Source of the DNA: Candidatus Woesebacteria bacterium
GTDB lineage: Bacteria; Patescibacteriota; Microgenomatia; UBA10105; UBA927
Direction of reading: 5' to 3'
Length of the DNA stretch: 64,000 nt
NCBI GenBank assembly: GCA_018062625.1
Contig: JAGORV010000001.1
Span: forward strand, 33,887 to 97,886
The notes beneath the pieces were generated by a model. The model was not told where the DNA came from. It did not search any database and saw only the letters and a program-made list of their open reading frames with translations. Shown piece after piece: positions 9,085 to 17,811 of this stretch. Position numbers and translations under genes: made by a program. Each line of letters opens with the position of its first letter. Positions within the stretch are counted from its first letter, which is position 1.

Positions 9085-9624
9085 CTATTTACCCATTAGG
9101 TCTCGAAGTTTTCTCACTGTGTTTATATTTCTTGCTGTCATTTGTTTATATACACGTGTGCCTATAAATTTATGCATTGCACTTTGATTGTAGTGTGCGC
9201 GGTCTATATGCCATATGATCGCTCCATCCATATAGGAGAGTTGGTCTACTTTGGGGTTAGTAAGAATTTCCTCGAGCACTTTGGATGAGTTCACTTCGTC
9301 CCATAGAAATATAACATCTGTTTTTTGTGCTGCGTCATTTGTCCAATTTTTGGGTACTCGTTCTGTAATTTCAGAAATTTGTTTCTGATCGCGCACCGCT
9401 ACACGAACAGGAAATCCGAATTCTTCTTTTATGGAATTTTCTATTTGCGTGGTGAGGGTCTCACGTGATTGGTTGGTGCGAAACAGTACGTTACCACTAT
9501 TTATATATGTAGACACATCGGTAAATCTCATGCGTTCAAACAGCGCCTTGAGCTTTTTCATTTCTACTTTTGTGTTTCCTCCCACGTTTATTCCTCGAAG
9601 GAGTGCGACATAGGTGTGTGCCAT
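9085..9624 (-). CDS. DUF1697 domain protein
   Basis: The N-terminus YVALLRGINVGGNTKV.M..LK and YINSGNVLF are typical of DUF1697. Confidence 0.75.
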   Translation of the reverse strand: MAHTYVALLRGINVGGNTKVEMKKLKALFERMRFTDVSTYINSGNVLFRTNQSRETLTTQIENSIKEEFGFPVRVAVRDQKQISEITERVPKNWTNDAAQKTDVIFLWDEVNSSKVLEEILTNPKVDQLSYMDGAIIWHIDRAHYNQSAMHKFIGTRVYKQMTARNINTVRKLRDLMGK

Positions 9625-9667
9625 ACATCGATTATACGAAATAGTTGGATCGCGATATACTGCTCGT

Positions 9668-10171
9668 ATGGATAAAAAAATCTCTGTATGTCCGGGGTGT
9701 GGACTGAGACTCCCACAGATGGATACACCAATGCTGGCAGGATATAACGCATCTGCAGAATGTATAGCGATATTTAGTCAGCTTTCGGCATATACTGTTT
9801 CGTTGGGTGACGTGGAATTCACGCATCAGCACGTGGTCGATGCGTATGGCGCGCAACATGTCGGTATGTTTACCAAGAAAGTTGTTCCTATCATGGCGCT
9901 CGTCGGGTTATATTTACTGTTGAAGCATGGCTACACAGGCAAACAAGTACAACGCGCGCATATGGCTATAGCAGACCAAACGAAAGATTGGCCAGATTTA
10001 ACACATCCCACGGAGCTTGCAAGCTTAAACATTCTCGATGTGCTCAAGAAGGAGCGCGCGGCTGAAAAGGTGGCCGCAATTCATACTTGGTGTGAAGCTG
10101 TCTGGAATAGTTGGCAATCAGAGCACGAGATAGTAGAAAGATTTACCAAAAAATACTTAGAGTATCTTTAA
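9668..10171 (+). CDS. DUF5946-like protein
   Basis: Contains CPGCGLRLP, YNASAECIAIFSQL and HQHVVDAYGAQH. The start was moved to the ATG at 9668. Confidence 0.5.
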   Translation: MDKKISVCPGCGLRLPQMDTPMLAGYNASAECIAIFSQLSAYTVSLGDVEFTHQHVVDAYGAQHVGMFTKKVVPIMALVGLYLLLKHGYTGKQVQRAHMAIADQTKDWPDLTHPTELASLNILDVLKKERAAEKVAAIHTWCEAVWNSWQSEHEIVERFTKKYLEYL

Positions 10172-10190
10172 CGTGATATTATTTTCACAT

Positions 10191-10889
10191 ATGACACGTA
10201 AGAATATAGACAAAAGTGTTTACGCATTAATCCGTGCTGTTACTGCGGCTGTTGGTTTGTTTGCAGTGATTCTCGTATTTTTATTTATAGGATATGTATA
10301 TGCGCTTCAGACAAATCCATCACTTTATATTCCAGTGTTTTCTGATCAAGCAAATAAAGTTATCGGGGTGCTGTGGAAAAAGCCGTATGCGTATCCCACT
10401 CCAACCAATACGCCGTCTGAGCTCTATGGTGTACCAAAACCTGCTGCAGAGTGGAACGACGTGACGAAATGGCATAACTCAGAGCCCATAAGCCTAGCGA
10501 CTTTCAAAGATAAAAAAATTGTTGTTCTGACTTTTGGCCGTATGTATTGTAGCTATTGTCTAAATGTCTACACTTTTTTGAATGAATTTCAGCGTCAATA
10601 CAGTACATATATTCAGGTGATTGGTATTCAATCGCCGAAATATGATCAAGAGAGGGTATGGGATGATGTAGTGGCAAAAATTAAAGAACGTGATGTGATC
10701 TTTCCCGTAGGATTTGATGAAAACAGAAAAGTGAAGCAGCTATATGAAGTGGACCTTGTTCCGATTGTGTATATCATCGATAAACAGGGAATGATTCGGT
10801 ATCACCATCTTGGTGAAGGCGGATATGCAGAAGTAGAAAAAGCCCTCAAAGAAATTATTCAGTTGGATTTTGGTACGAAGTATCCTTGA
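10191..10889 (+). CDS. membrane-anchored thioredoxin-fold (TlpA/redoxin-like) protein
   Basis: One TM helix. CSYC (a CxxC motif) sits in FGRMYCSYC, with a redoxin-like C-terminal half (VPIVYIIDKQG). Confidence 0.6.
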   Translation: MTRKNIDKSVYALIRAVTAAVGLFAVILVFLFIGYVYALQTNPSLYIPVFSDQANKVIGVLWKKPYAYPTPTNTPSELYGVPKPAAEWNDVTKWHNSEPISLATFKDKKIVVLTFGRMYCSYCLNVYTFLNEFQRQYSTYIQVIGIQSPKYDQERVWDDVVAKIKERDVIFPVGFDENRKVKQLYEVDLVPIVYIIDKQGMIRYHHLGEGGYAEVEKALKEIIQLDFGTKYP

Positions 10890-10949
10890 GTCTCGCACTG
10901 AGGCTAGAGACTGTATCTTTCTACCTCAAAATCCTGTATCCTAGATGAT

Positions 10950-11522
10950 ATGGATAGTCGTGCAGTTGAGGCTAAATTTATCAAGAGTATCAATGGTTCG
11001 GACCCAATTTTAAATGAGGCGTTACCTCAAATTGCGTTTGTAGGACGTTCAAATGTAGGAAAGTCATCATTGATAAACTCACTCCTTGTCCAAAAACTTG
11101 CCCGATCTAGTACGAGACCTGGGAAAACAGTTCTTTTGGACTTTTTTCGTGTGAAAAATAAAGTATATTTTGTCGACCTTCCGGGGTACGGATATGCTAA
11201 GCGTTCCAAAGAGCGATTGGATCACTTTCGACGACTTATCGCATGGTATCTTTTTTCTGCGAATGTAAAGCATAAACTCGTGGTACTTATCACAGATGCG
11301 TACGTAGGTCTTACTGCTCAAGATCATGAGTCATTGCTTTTGTTTACAAAAAATAATCTTCCATATGTGGTGATTGCGAACAAAGTAGATAAACTAAAGA
11401 TGGGTGAGAGAGTAAAAAAGCTTGCCGAAATACAGAAGGAATGTGGAGATGTAACAATCATTCCGTATAGCTCGTATACTGGTGAAGGGCGAGATGCGCT
11501 CATGAAGCTTATATTTTCTTAA
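10950..11522 (+). CDS. engB: ribosome biogenesis GTP-binding protein YsxC/EngB
   Basis: G1 GRSNVGKSSLINSL, G3 DLPGYG, G4 NKVDK, and a family-typical length of 190 aa. Confidence 0.85.
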   Translation: MDSRAVEAKFIKSINGSDPILNEALPQIAFVGRSNVGKSSLINSLLVQKLARSSTRPGKTVLLDFFRVKNKVYFVDLPGYGYAKRSKERLDHFRRLIAWYLFSANVKHKLVVLITDAYVGLTAQDHESLLLFTKNNLPYVVIANKVDKLKMGERVKKLAEIQKECGDVTIIPYSSYTGEGRDALMKLIFS

Positions 11523-11527
11523 CTATT

Positions 11528-12466
11528 ATGAAAGCTGCACAAATAATTGAATACGGTGGAAGCGAAAACATTCAAATATATGAAGTGGATGTGCCAACGC
11601 TAAAAGAGGGACAAGTTCTTGTACAAGTACATGCAGCAAGTCTCAATCCTTTTGATACCATCATTCGTTCGGGTGTTATGCAACAAATGATGCCGTTTCA
11701 AATGCCGATTACATTGGGCGGGGATTTTTCTGGAGTGATAACAGAAGTAGCAGATGGTGTGACCGAATTTACCATAGGTGACATAGTATACGGAAGCGCA
11801 AATATAGCAAACGGTGGATCGGGGAGTTTGGCCGAATATGTAGCAGCGAATGTAGATAACATCAGCATTGCTCCTCATACGGTATCCCTCGTAGAAGCCG
11901 CTGCATTACCACTTGTTGGTTCAAGTGCAATCCAAGCGCTAGAAGAGCATATGAAACTTTCCAGTGGGCAAAAAATTCTTATCCATGGAGGCGCAGGGGG
12001 GATAGGGCACATTGCTATACAGTTAGCAAAAAAGAATGGTGCCTACGTGATAACCACAGCTAGCGCAGATGATATGGCGTTTGTAAAAAGTTTGGGTGCT
12101 GATGAAGTAATAGATTATAAAAAGAAAAAATTTGAAGATGTCGTCCATGATGTGGACGCGGTGTACGATACTATAGGCGGTGAGACTACAGAGCGATCAT
12201 TTTTGGTTCTGAAACAAGGCGGGATTCTGGTTTCTATGAAAGGACCACCTAGTTCCGAACTCGCCCAAAAGTATGGGGTCACGGTGATCGGACAAAACAC
12301 AAAAACAAACACTTTTCATCTCAATCACTTGCGAGAATTAGTAGATACAGAGGTGCTTCATGTGCGAGTAGATCAGGCATTTGAGTTGGTGTATGCAAAA
12401 GATGCTTTTGAACGGTTGGATAGTCATCCCCAAGGAAAAGTGGTCGTGAAAGTAGATGTCCAATGA
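11528..12466 (+). CDS. MDR-family NAD(P)H:quinone oxidoreductase / zinc-type alcohol dehydrogenase-like
   Basis: 312 aa. Contains GEVLVQVHAASLNPFD and the Rossmann string ILIHGGAGGIGHIAIQLAK. Confidence 0.8.
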   Translation: MKAAQIIEYGGSENIQIYEVDVPTLKEGQVLVQVHAASLNPFDTIIRSGVMQQMMPFQMPITLGGDFSGVITEVADGVTEFTIGDIVYGSANIANGGSGSLAEYVAANVDNISIAPHTVSLVEAAALPLVGSSAIQALEEHMKLSSGQKILIHGGAGGIGHIAIQLAKKNGAYVITTASADDMAFVKSLGADEVIDYKKKKFEDVVHDVDAVYDTIGGETTERSFLVLKQGGILVSMKGPPSSELAQKYGVTVIGQNTKTNTFHLNHLRELVDTEVLHVRVDQAFELVYAKDAFERLDSHPQGKVVVKVDVQ

Positions 12467-12738
12467 TTTATAAGCAGGATAAGCCGTTTATAGTATATAT
12501 TCTTCGCACCTCGTCAAATACGCTTTACATTGGTCAGACCAATGATTTGGAAAAACGTATAAGTATTCACAGAAGTAAATCTGGAAAGTCAGCCAAATAC
12601 TTACGATATTTTGAGTCGTTTGAATTGGTCTACACAGAGAAGGCGCAAAATAGAAGTGAGGCGCTTATACGGGAAGCAAAATTAAAGAAATTCACGCGTG
12701 TACAAAAAGAAGCACTGATCGCCAGTCAATTGCCGTAA
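12463..12738 (+). CDS. GIY-YIG nuclease family protein
   Basis: 91 aa. VYIL....LYIGQTNDLEKRI..H matches the GIY-YIG motif. It overlaps the upstream gene by ATGA. Confidence 0.8.
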   Translation: MIYKQDKPFIVYILRTSSNTLYIGQTNDLEKRISIHRSKSGKSAKYLRYFESFELVYTEKAQNRSEALIREAKLKKFTRVQKEALIASQLP

Positions 12739-12739
12739 A

Positions 12740-13117
12740 TTATTTACTTCCAAAGAACTGGAGAATATTTTCCTCTGGATCCGCGATAGTCATGCACCAA
12801 TATCCTCCCTGAGGACTTTCAAATGGCTTTGCAATAATTTTGACTGGCTTGTTTTTTAGCTCATCATAAATTTCATTCACACTATCGACGTTAAATCCTA
12901 TCATAATGCGATATGAATCATGATTTACCCCTCGTACTTTATCATGACGGCCGATGCTGAAATACGTATCACCAAAATCAAAACCCGTACAGGTATCATC
13001 GGGAAGTGTTAACCGTTCGCGTATTGTGAAGCCCAATACATTTGCATACCAATCTACAAGTTTTTCATAATTCTCTGACCAAATGATGACAGACACATGT
13101 TTATTTTTTAGTTTCAT
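12740..13117 (-). CDS. VOC/glyoxalase family protein
   Basis: 125 aa. The paired beta-alpha-beta-beta-beta style sequence (LVDWYANVLGF..., ...FESPQGGYWCMTIADPEEN) is typical of VOC proteins. Confidence 0.65.
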   Translation of the reverse strand: MKLKNKHVSVIIWSENYEKLVDWYANVLGFTIRERLTLPDDTCTGFDFGDTYFSIGRHDKVRGVNHDSYRIMIGFNVDSVNEIYDELKNKPVKIIAKPFESPQGGYWCMTIADPEENILQFFGSK

Positions 13118-13149
13118 ACGATTGAGTATACAGCAAAGTTTTTTTTAAT

Positions 13150-13824
13150 TTATATGATACTTCTCCCACGAGTTGCTGTTTGTTCATCTTTCACTTTTGT
13201 AACGGCTGATAAAATTAAACTCGAGGTTTCATCTATGCTATGTATGCCAGTGTTTATATGCACTACGGGAATTCCTCGTTCATGAAGATCCTCCAAAAGT
13301 CTATCCCAATACGGTTTGAGGTCTTCTGGATCCATGGCTACTTTTCCATCACGTCTTATGGCTCGCTGTTTGAGCGTGTCATAGTCTGTAGAGATGTATA
13401 CCACTACATCCGCGACAGGGAATGCAGCCAAATGATTCTGGTATAGCCAGTTCAGGTGTGTGAATTCTTCATTTGAAATGAGGTGTTTGTCATGAAGATA
13501 GCGATTGTATATATCAGTAGCCAAAACTCCACTTTCAGAAAAATGTGGATCAGATAATTCTAATTCATTTCGAGTTTTAATTTCCGCTTCCATAAGTTTT
13601 GTCATGAGGTTTAGCTGGTTGCTGAATGCATATTTTTTGGGATCCTTAAGAAAGATAGGGAACATATCGTTTTCTGGTTCGGGTCGCACAAAATATCCCT
13701 GTTCGCCTAATGAATGCAAAATGGTGGATTTTCCAGAGCAGGCGGGACCGATGATGGTGACATTTAGTTTTTTCATCGATTCTGCCTCATGATACTCTTG
13801 TCCTGTTCGTTGTCGTTCTCTCAT
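13150..13824 (-). CDS. deoxynucleoside kinase
   Basis: P-loop IIGPACSGKST, EPE motif (VRPEPE), and a dNK-like length and layout. Confidence 0.7.
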   Translation of the reverse strand: MRERQRTGQEYHEAESMKKLNVTIIGPACSGKSTILHSLGEQGYFVRPEPENDMFPIFLKDPKKYAFSNQLNLMTKLMEAEIKTRNELELSDPHFSESGVLATDIYNRYLHDKHLISNEEFTHLNWLYQNHLAAFPVADVVVYISTDYDTLKQRAIRRDGKVAMDPEDLKPYWDRLLEDLHERGIPVVHINTGIHSIDETSSLILSAVTKVKDEQTATRGRSII

Positions 13825-13899
13825 GACGTTTCAGTGTTGGGACAGCGATCATTACTATATCACGAGATTTTCGCTGTAGTAAAGCAGATTTAGTATACT

Positions 13900-14547
13900 A
13901 TGCCTATGCGCACCTCACCGCCATTTGTAGCAAACAGTGATGATGATATGCATTGTGTAACTGCGGTATACCGCATGTTGTATTTGTATTTTTTCCGTGA
14001 AGAATATTCATGGGAACAGATAGAGGATTTGGCAAGAGCCACTCCCGGAAAGGGTACATGGACATTTGTGGCAGACACAGCACTCGCCGGTCGAGGTATA
14101 CGTATCACAAATATCGAACCAGTAGATTATGAAGCGCTTTATAAGCAGGGGCCTAAATATCTGAGAACGCTATATGGAGATAAGATGGCGGATTATTATC
14201 TTGAGCGAAGTAACATAGCAGATGTTATTCAGTATATTCCTGATTTTTTAGGGGTAGTACGACATGAAACACGAAAATCTACGACAGCAGAAGTGCTGAA
14301 GTATGTTCGTAGCGGAAAGCTGGTTGGCGTAGAGGTGAATTCGAGTATATTAAATAGGCAAAAAGGGTTTAATTTGCATTTTGTTTTAGTGTACGACTGT
14401 ACCAAAACGCATGTAATTTTTCATGATCCAGGATTGCCAGCAATGCCACACCGCAAAATTACCATAAAGAAATTTAAAGAATGTTTTGAACATGCTGGGG
14501 GAAGCTGTAGCGCACATGTATATGAAAAATCAGAAAACAAAAAGTGA
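13900..14547 (+). CDS. putative papain-fold (C39-like) cysteine peptidase with no signal peptide
   Basis: Candidate catalytic Cys in DDDMHCVTAVY and His/Asp in HFVLVYD...IFHDPG. Motif-level evidence only. Confidence 0.4.
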   Translation: MPMRTSPPFVANSDDDMHCVTAVYRMLYLYFFREEYSWEQIEDLARATPGKGTWTFVADTALAGRGIRITNIEPVDYEALYKQGPKYLRTLYGDKMADYYLERSNIADVIQYIPDFLGVVRHETRKSTTAEVLKYVRSGKLVGVEVNSSILNRQKGFNLHFVLVYDCTKTHVIFHDPGLPAMPHRKITIKKFKECFEHAGGSCSAHVYEKSENKK

Positions 14548-14806
14548 ACTTACGCAAATTCCTGGAGTTGGTGTTTCTATAGCCAAAGATTTTGAAGATC
14601 TAGGGATTAGGAAAATATCCGATTTGGATGGGAAAGACCCAAGCAGGCTGTATGAGGAGTTGTGTCGACTGCGTAATGTCCATATAGATCGTTGCATGTT
14701 GTATGTCATGCGATGTGCAGTGTATTTCGCAAGTAACACTACGCACAGTTCAGAGAAGCTGAAGTGGTGGAATTGGAAAAATGTGCCTAGTGAGTATGAG
14801 TCATAG
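14522..14806 (+). CDS. helix-hairpin-helix 'pathogenicity locus' (Cdd1-like) protein
   Basis: LTQIPGVGVSIAKDFEDLGI is a HhH motif, and LYEELC....IDRCMLYVMRCAVYFA is also present. The start was moved to 14522. Confidence 0.55.
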   Translation: MKNQKTKSELTQIPGVGVSIAKDFEDLGIRKISDLDGKDPSRLYEELCRLRNVHIDRCMLYVMRCAVYFASNTTHSSEKLKWWNWKNVPSEYES

Positions 14807-15857
14807 TATAGCCTCGTGTAGCCTCAAATATCAGATGAATACATCGTGATGTGGCAAATCCAATTAGGAGCGCCGCGAATGGATAAAATGGAAGCACATA
14901 CCACGCAAGTTTGGTTGACACGATAGTGGGAATTATAAATGTTGCTCCAGTCATAATAAGTGTAAATTTTACTATTGGATCTTTATACAACCTTTGTAGA
15001 AATATATATAATGCAGATCCGACAAGCCACTCCCATGATAAGAAAAAGTGTCTCTCGGACACTATTTGTGCATAATACCAAATAGATTTTACGTGACCCT
15101 CGAGTGGAAGCGCGATCCGCGCAGCCATATGATAGCTGAAATGCGTGGCGAGAAATGGTAAATGAAATTGTGAGATCATCCAGAGATACCATGGTAGGAC
15201 CGTGGTGATCATCGTTCCCCATGACACCGTGTAGTTATTTGATCTATTGCTGTTTGGGCGGGTAAGTGTCGCTACTATAAGGGGTAGTAATCCGAGTGGG
15301 CTTTTGGCTAACACCGATAGTCCCGCAGCGATCCCTGCTATAGCCGCAGCGTGTTTAGAGGATTGTGTGAGGAATGCAAAGCTTATCATAAGGAATAATA
15401 TGTGCATGCTTTCAAGATCAGCCGACCATAATGTGTGAGTTGAAAACGATCCAGCAGGATTTATAGTAAACAGATGATTTGTTGTCACAAGAAGTATCCA
15501 TGTAAAGAGTCCTGCGATATATCCCCACCATCGCCATGCAAGATATGTGGTAAATAGAATGGTGAGTAATCCACATATAGCACTTACCGTGCGTGCAGTA
15601 TGTGCATTAGTATTATGTTTGGTGGTGACAATTGTTACCCAATACCAAAGGGGTGGTTTTTCAAAAAATGGTTGGCTATCTTTATACAACATAGGGAAAT
15701 ACTTTATCGATAAGGGGTTTGTGACAATGGCAATGTTTGTTTGTTCATCCCATTTTTGGAAAGGAATATGTTGAGGAGTTGGAAAAAATCGAAAAGTCGT
15801 GATACCAATAATGCAAAGAGTTCCGAATACGAGCAACACGCGTTTCATGTTAATCAA
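14787..15857 (-). CDS. GT-C fold glycosyltransferase (family 39 / ArnT-PMT-like)
   Basis: 356 aa, polytopic, with an aromatic-rich membrane profile typical of GT39. Its start overlaps the stop of the upstream gene. Confidence 0.5.
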   Translation of the reverse strand: MINMKRVLLVFGTLCIIGITTFRFFPTPQHIPFQKWDEQTNIAIVTNPLSIKYFPMLYKDSQPFFEKPPLWYWVTIVTTKHNTNAHTARTVSAICGLLTILFTTYLAWRWWGYIAGLFTWILLVTTNHLFTINPAGSFSTHTLWSADLESMHILFLMISFAFLTQSSKHAAAIAGIAAGLSVLAKSPLGLLPLIVATLTRPNSNRSNNYTVSWGTMITTVLPWYLWMISQFHLPFLATHFSYHMAARIALPLEGHVKSIWYYAQIVSERHFFLSWEWLVGSALYIFLQRLYKDPIVKFTLIMTGATFIIPTIVSTKLAWYVLPFYPFAALLIGFATSRCIHLIFEATRGYTMTHTH

Positions 15858-17811
15858 TCACCAGTGCAATGCCTAGATATTTCCATCGTCGCATGAATTC
15901 AGCAGGGGAAATAGAATATTGTCCTCGCCATGGGTCATTTATATATATAAGTGAGGGATTTTCTGCAGTACCTCTATACCCTCGTACCACTGATGAATGC
16001 ATGCCGTTGATTGCAGTAATGCGCGTTCCATCAGAAGCAGTCCACGAGAGATCGTGCGGATCACTCCATCCATTCTGACCCCAAGTCATGACGGGATTCC
16101 CGCGGTCTATCTCATGTAAAATATCGACAAGGTTTCCGCTTTCGAGGAGGCGTGCTGGTCGGTGCGTTGCGATCCCCCGAAGGATTGCTGGCCAGTAAGT
16201 TCCATAGTCGTCGATATACCCTACTGACGGATTTCCAGAACCCCGTTTTCCTCCTAGTCCAATGGTGTGAATAAGCGCGGCCTCCGTAGTTTGAATACCT
16301 CGATACGATAGCAACATACGAGCAGCTGCTATATTACAGGTAAAGTTGGATTGTTGATGGTAATACGGAACATCTAAAAGTACTTCTTTAGGCTTGGTGG
16401 TAAATGTTGTAGTGGTATCGGTCGTCGTGGGTAGGCCATACGCGCTTGGTGCGCCGTTGGCAAGTGTAACAGTATACGTTGTGTTATCTGCGAGTGGTTG
16501 CTTTGGGGTAAAGATTAATTTATTTTTTGATACAGACATAGCACCAGCTATGGGAGGTTGTATTTCAAAATATTTTGTAATATTTGAGGAAACTTCTTGG
16601 TTAAATGTCATTTCGATGGTAGCGGTTTGTGAAACTTCAGATTGTGCATTGGAAGGTGAGAGGTCCTTGACCATAAGAGGACCAGCTGTTTTAAATGTGA
16701 ATGCTGCTGCGGATTCAAGAGTGCCGCCAAGCTTTGTCTGTATGCCCGAGTTGAGGGTAAGCGTATACGCCGTGTCTTTGGGTAACATTGAGTGTTCTAA
16801 GGTAAGCGTCGTGTCATCCTGATTCCAACGGTATTCAAGTGGTGTTGTTGGTGTTATAGATATCCGCGTATTTACAGATTCGCGACTCATGGGTTGATCA
16901 AACACAAGAGAAAAAGGTTCAGATGGATTGACACTATCACCCTGTGGGGAAATAGTAGAAATATACGCAGGTTTTACGGTGGTAAAGTCTAGTGAGTGAA
17001 CAACCCGTTCTTCGAGTCGAGTCATTTCCGCTTTTGTGGTAAGCGTTAATAGAATGGGTGTTTGTAAAAGAGACAACGAATATTTTATTCCTTGGTGGAG
17101 AGGGGCTAGAGGAGTTATTTCCAGTGTTTTAGAATCGATAGCGCGAAGGTGCATTTCGTGTGAAGGTTGCATACGCACAGTCCATTCTTTTTCTGACACA
17201 ATAGGGTTTTCGAGATGTATGAGAAACTTTTCTTCCGTGGGCACATTCATGTCATCGTGTTTTACGCTTGATTCTACTACGCGTACATCCGGATTTGTTA
17301 TGGAAAAAAGACGCTCACCACCATATCCTTTGGTCCATGGTCCTTCGATATTTGATATGTACACCATATAGTTTTGGCCGGGGGGAAGAGTAGTTCTCGG
17401 GACAATAGTGAGACTTGTTCCAAATTGGAAAAGATTCGCCCAGAATCCTTGCGGATGGACAAACATATCAACTTCAGGATATGTGTGGATTGAAATTTTC
17501 TGATAGTTTATGGGGGCTTCGAATCGAAGTGCTATCGACGGCGAGACGGGATTAAATGATCCACCAGTATTTGGAAAGGCAGTTGTCACCTTGGGAACGG
17601 CGGCAACTTTATTGCTTATGGTCCAGAGTCCCCACATCATAGCTCCCCAGCATCCCATGGATACAAGTACCCAAAAAGTTTTGGAGCGGAGTGGATCGTT
17701 TTGTGACATCGCGCGGTTTGCTCGAATTAGGGATGCAATGGCAAGAAGTATGCCGATACATATCATTACTAGCTGCAATTCGAATGTTTTTAGAATCTGG
17801 GTGCTTTCCAT
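15850..17811 (-). CDS. membrane-anchored protein with tandem Ig-like domains and a C-terminal C39-like peptidase domain
   Basis: 653 aa. N-terminal TM helices, then four roughly 90-aa repeats of SbsA/Big-like character (..Y.L.L......). The C-terminus carries YYHQQSNFTCNIAAARMLLSY and a downstream His (INGMHSSV). Confidence 0.6.
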   Translation of the reverse strand: MESTQILKTFELQLVMICIGILLAIASLIRANRAMSQNDPLRSKTFWVLVSMGCWGAMMWGLWTISNKVAAVPKVTTAFPNTGGSFNPVSPSIALRFEAPINYQKISIHTYPEVDMFVHPQGFWANLFQFGTSLTIVPRTTLPPGQNYMVYISNIEGPWTKGYGGERLFSITNPDVRVVESSVKHDDMNVPTEEKFLIHLENPIVSEKEWTVRMQPSHEMHLRAIDSKTLEITPLAPLHQGIKYSLSLLQTPILLTLTTKAEMTRLEERVVHSLDFTTVKPAYISTISPQGDSVNPSEPFSLVFDQPMSRESVNTRISITPTTPLEYRWNQDDTTLTLEHSMLPKDTAYTLTLNSGIQTKLGGTLESAAAFTFKTAGPLMVKDLSPSNAQSEVSQTATIEMTFNQEVSSNITKYFEIQPPIAGAMSVSKNKLIFTPKQPLADNTTYTVTLANGAPSAYGLPTTTDTTTTFTTKPKEVLLDVPYYHQQSNFTCNIAAARMLLSYRGIQTTEAALIHTIGLGGKRGSGNPSVGYIDDYGTYWPAILRGIATHRPARLLESGNLVDILHEIDRGNPVMTWGQNGWSDPHDLSWTASDGTRITAINGMHSSVVRGYRGTAENPSLIYINDPWRGQYSISPAEFMRRWKYLGIALVID

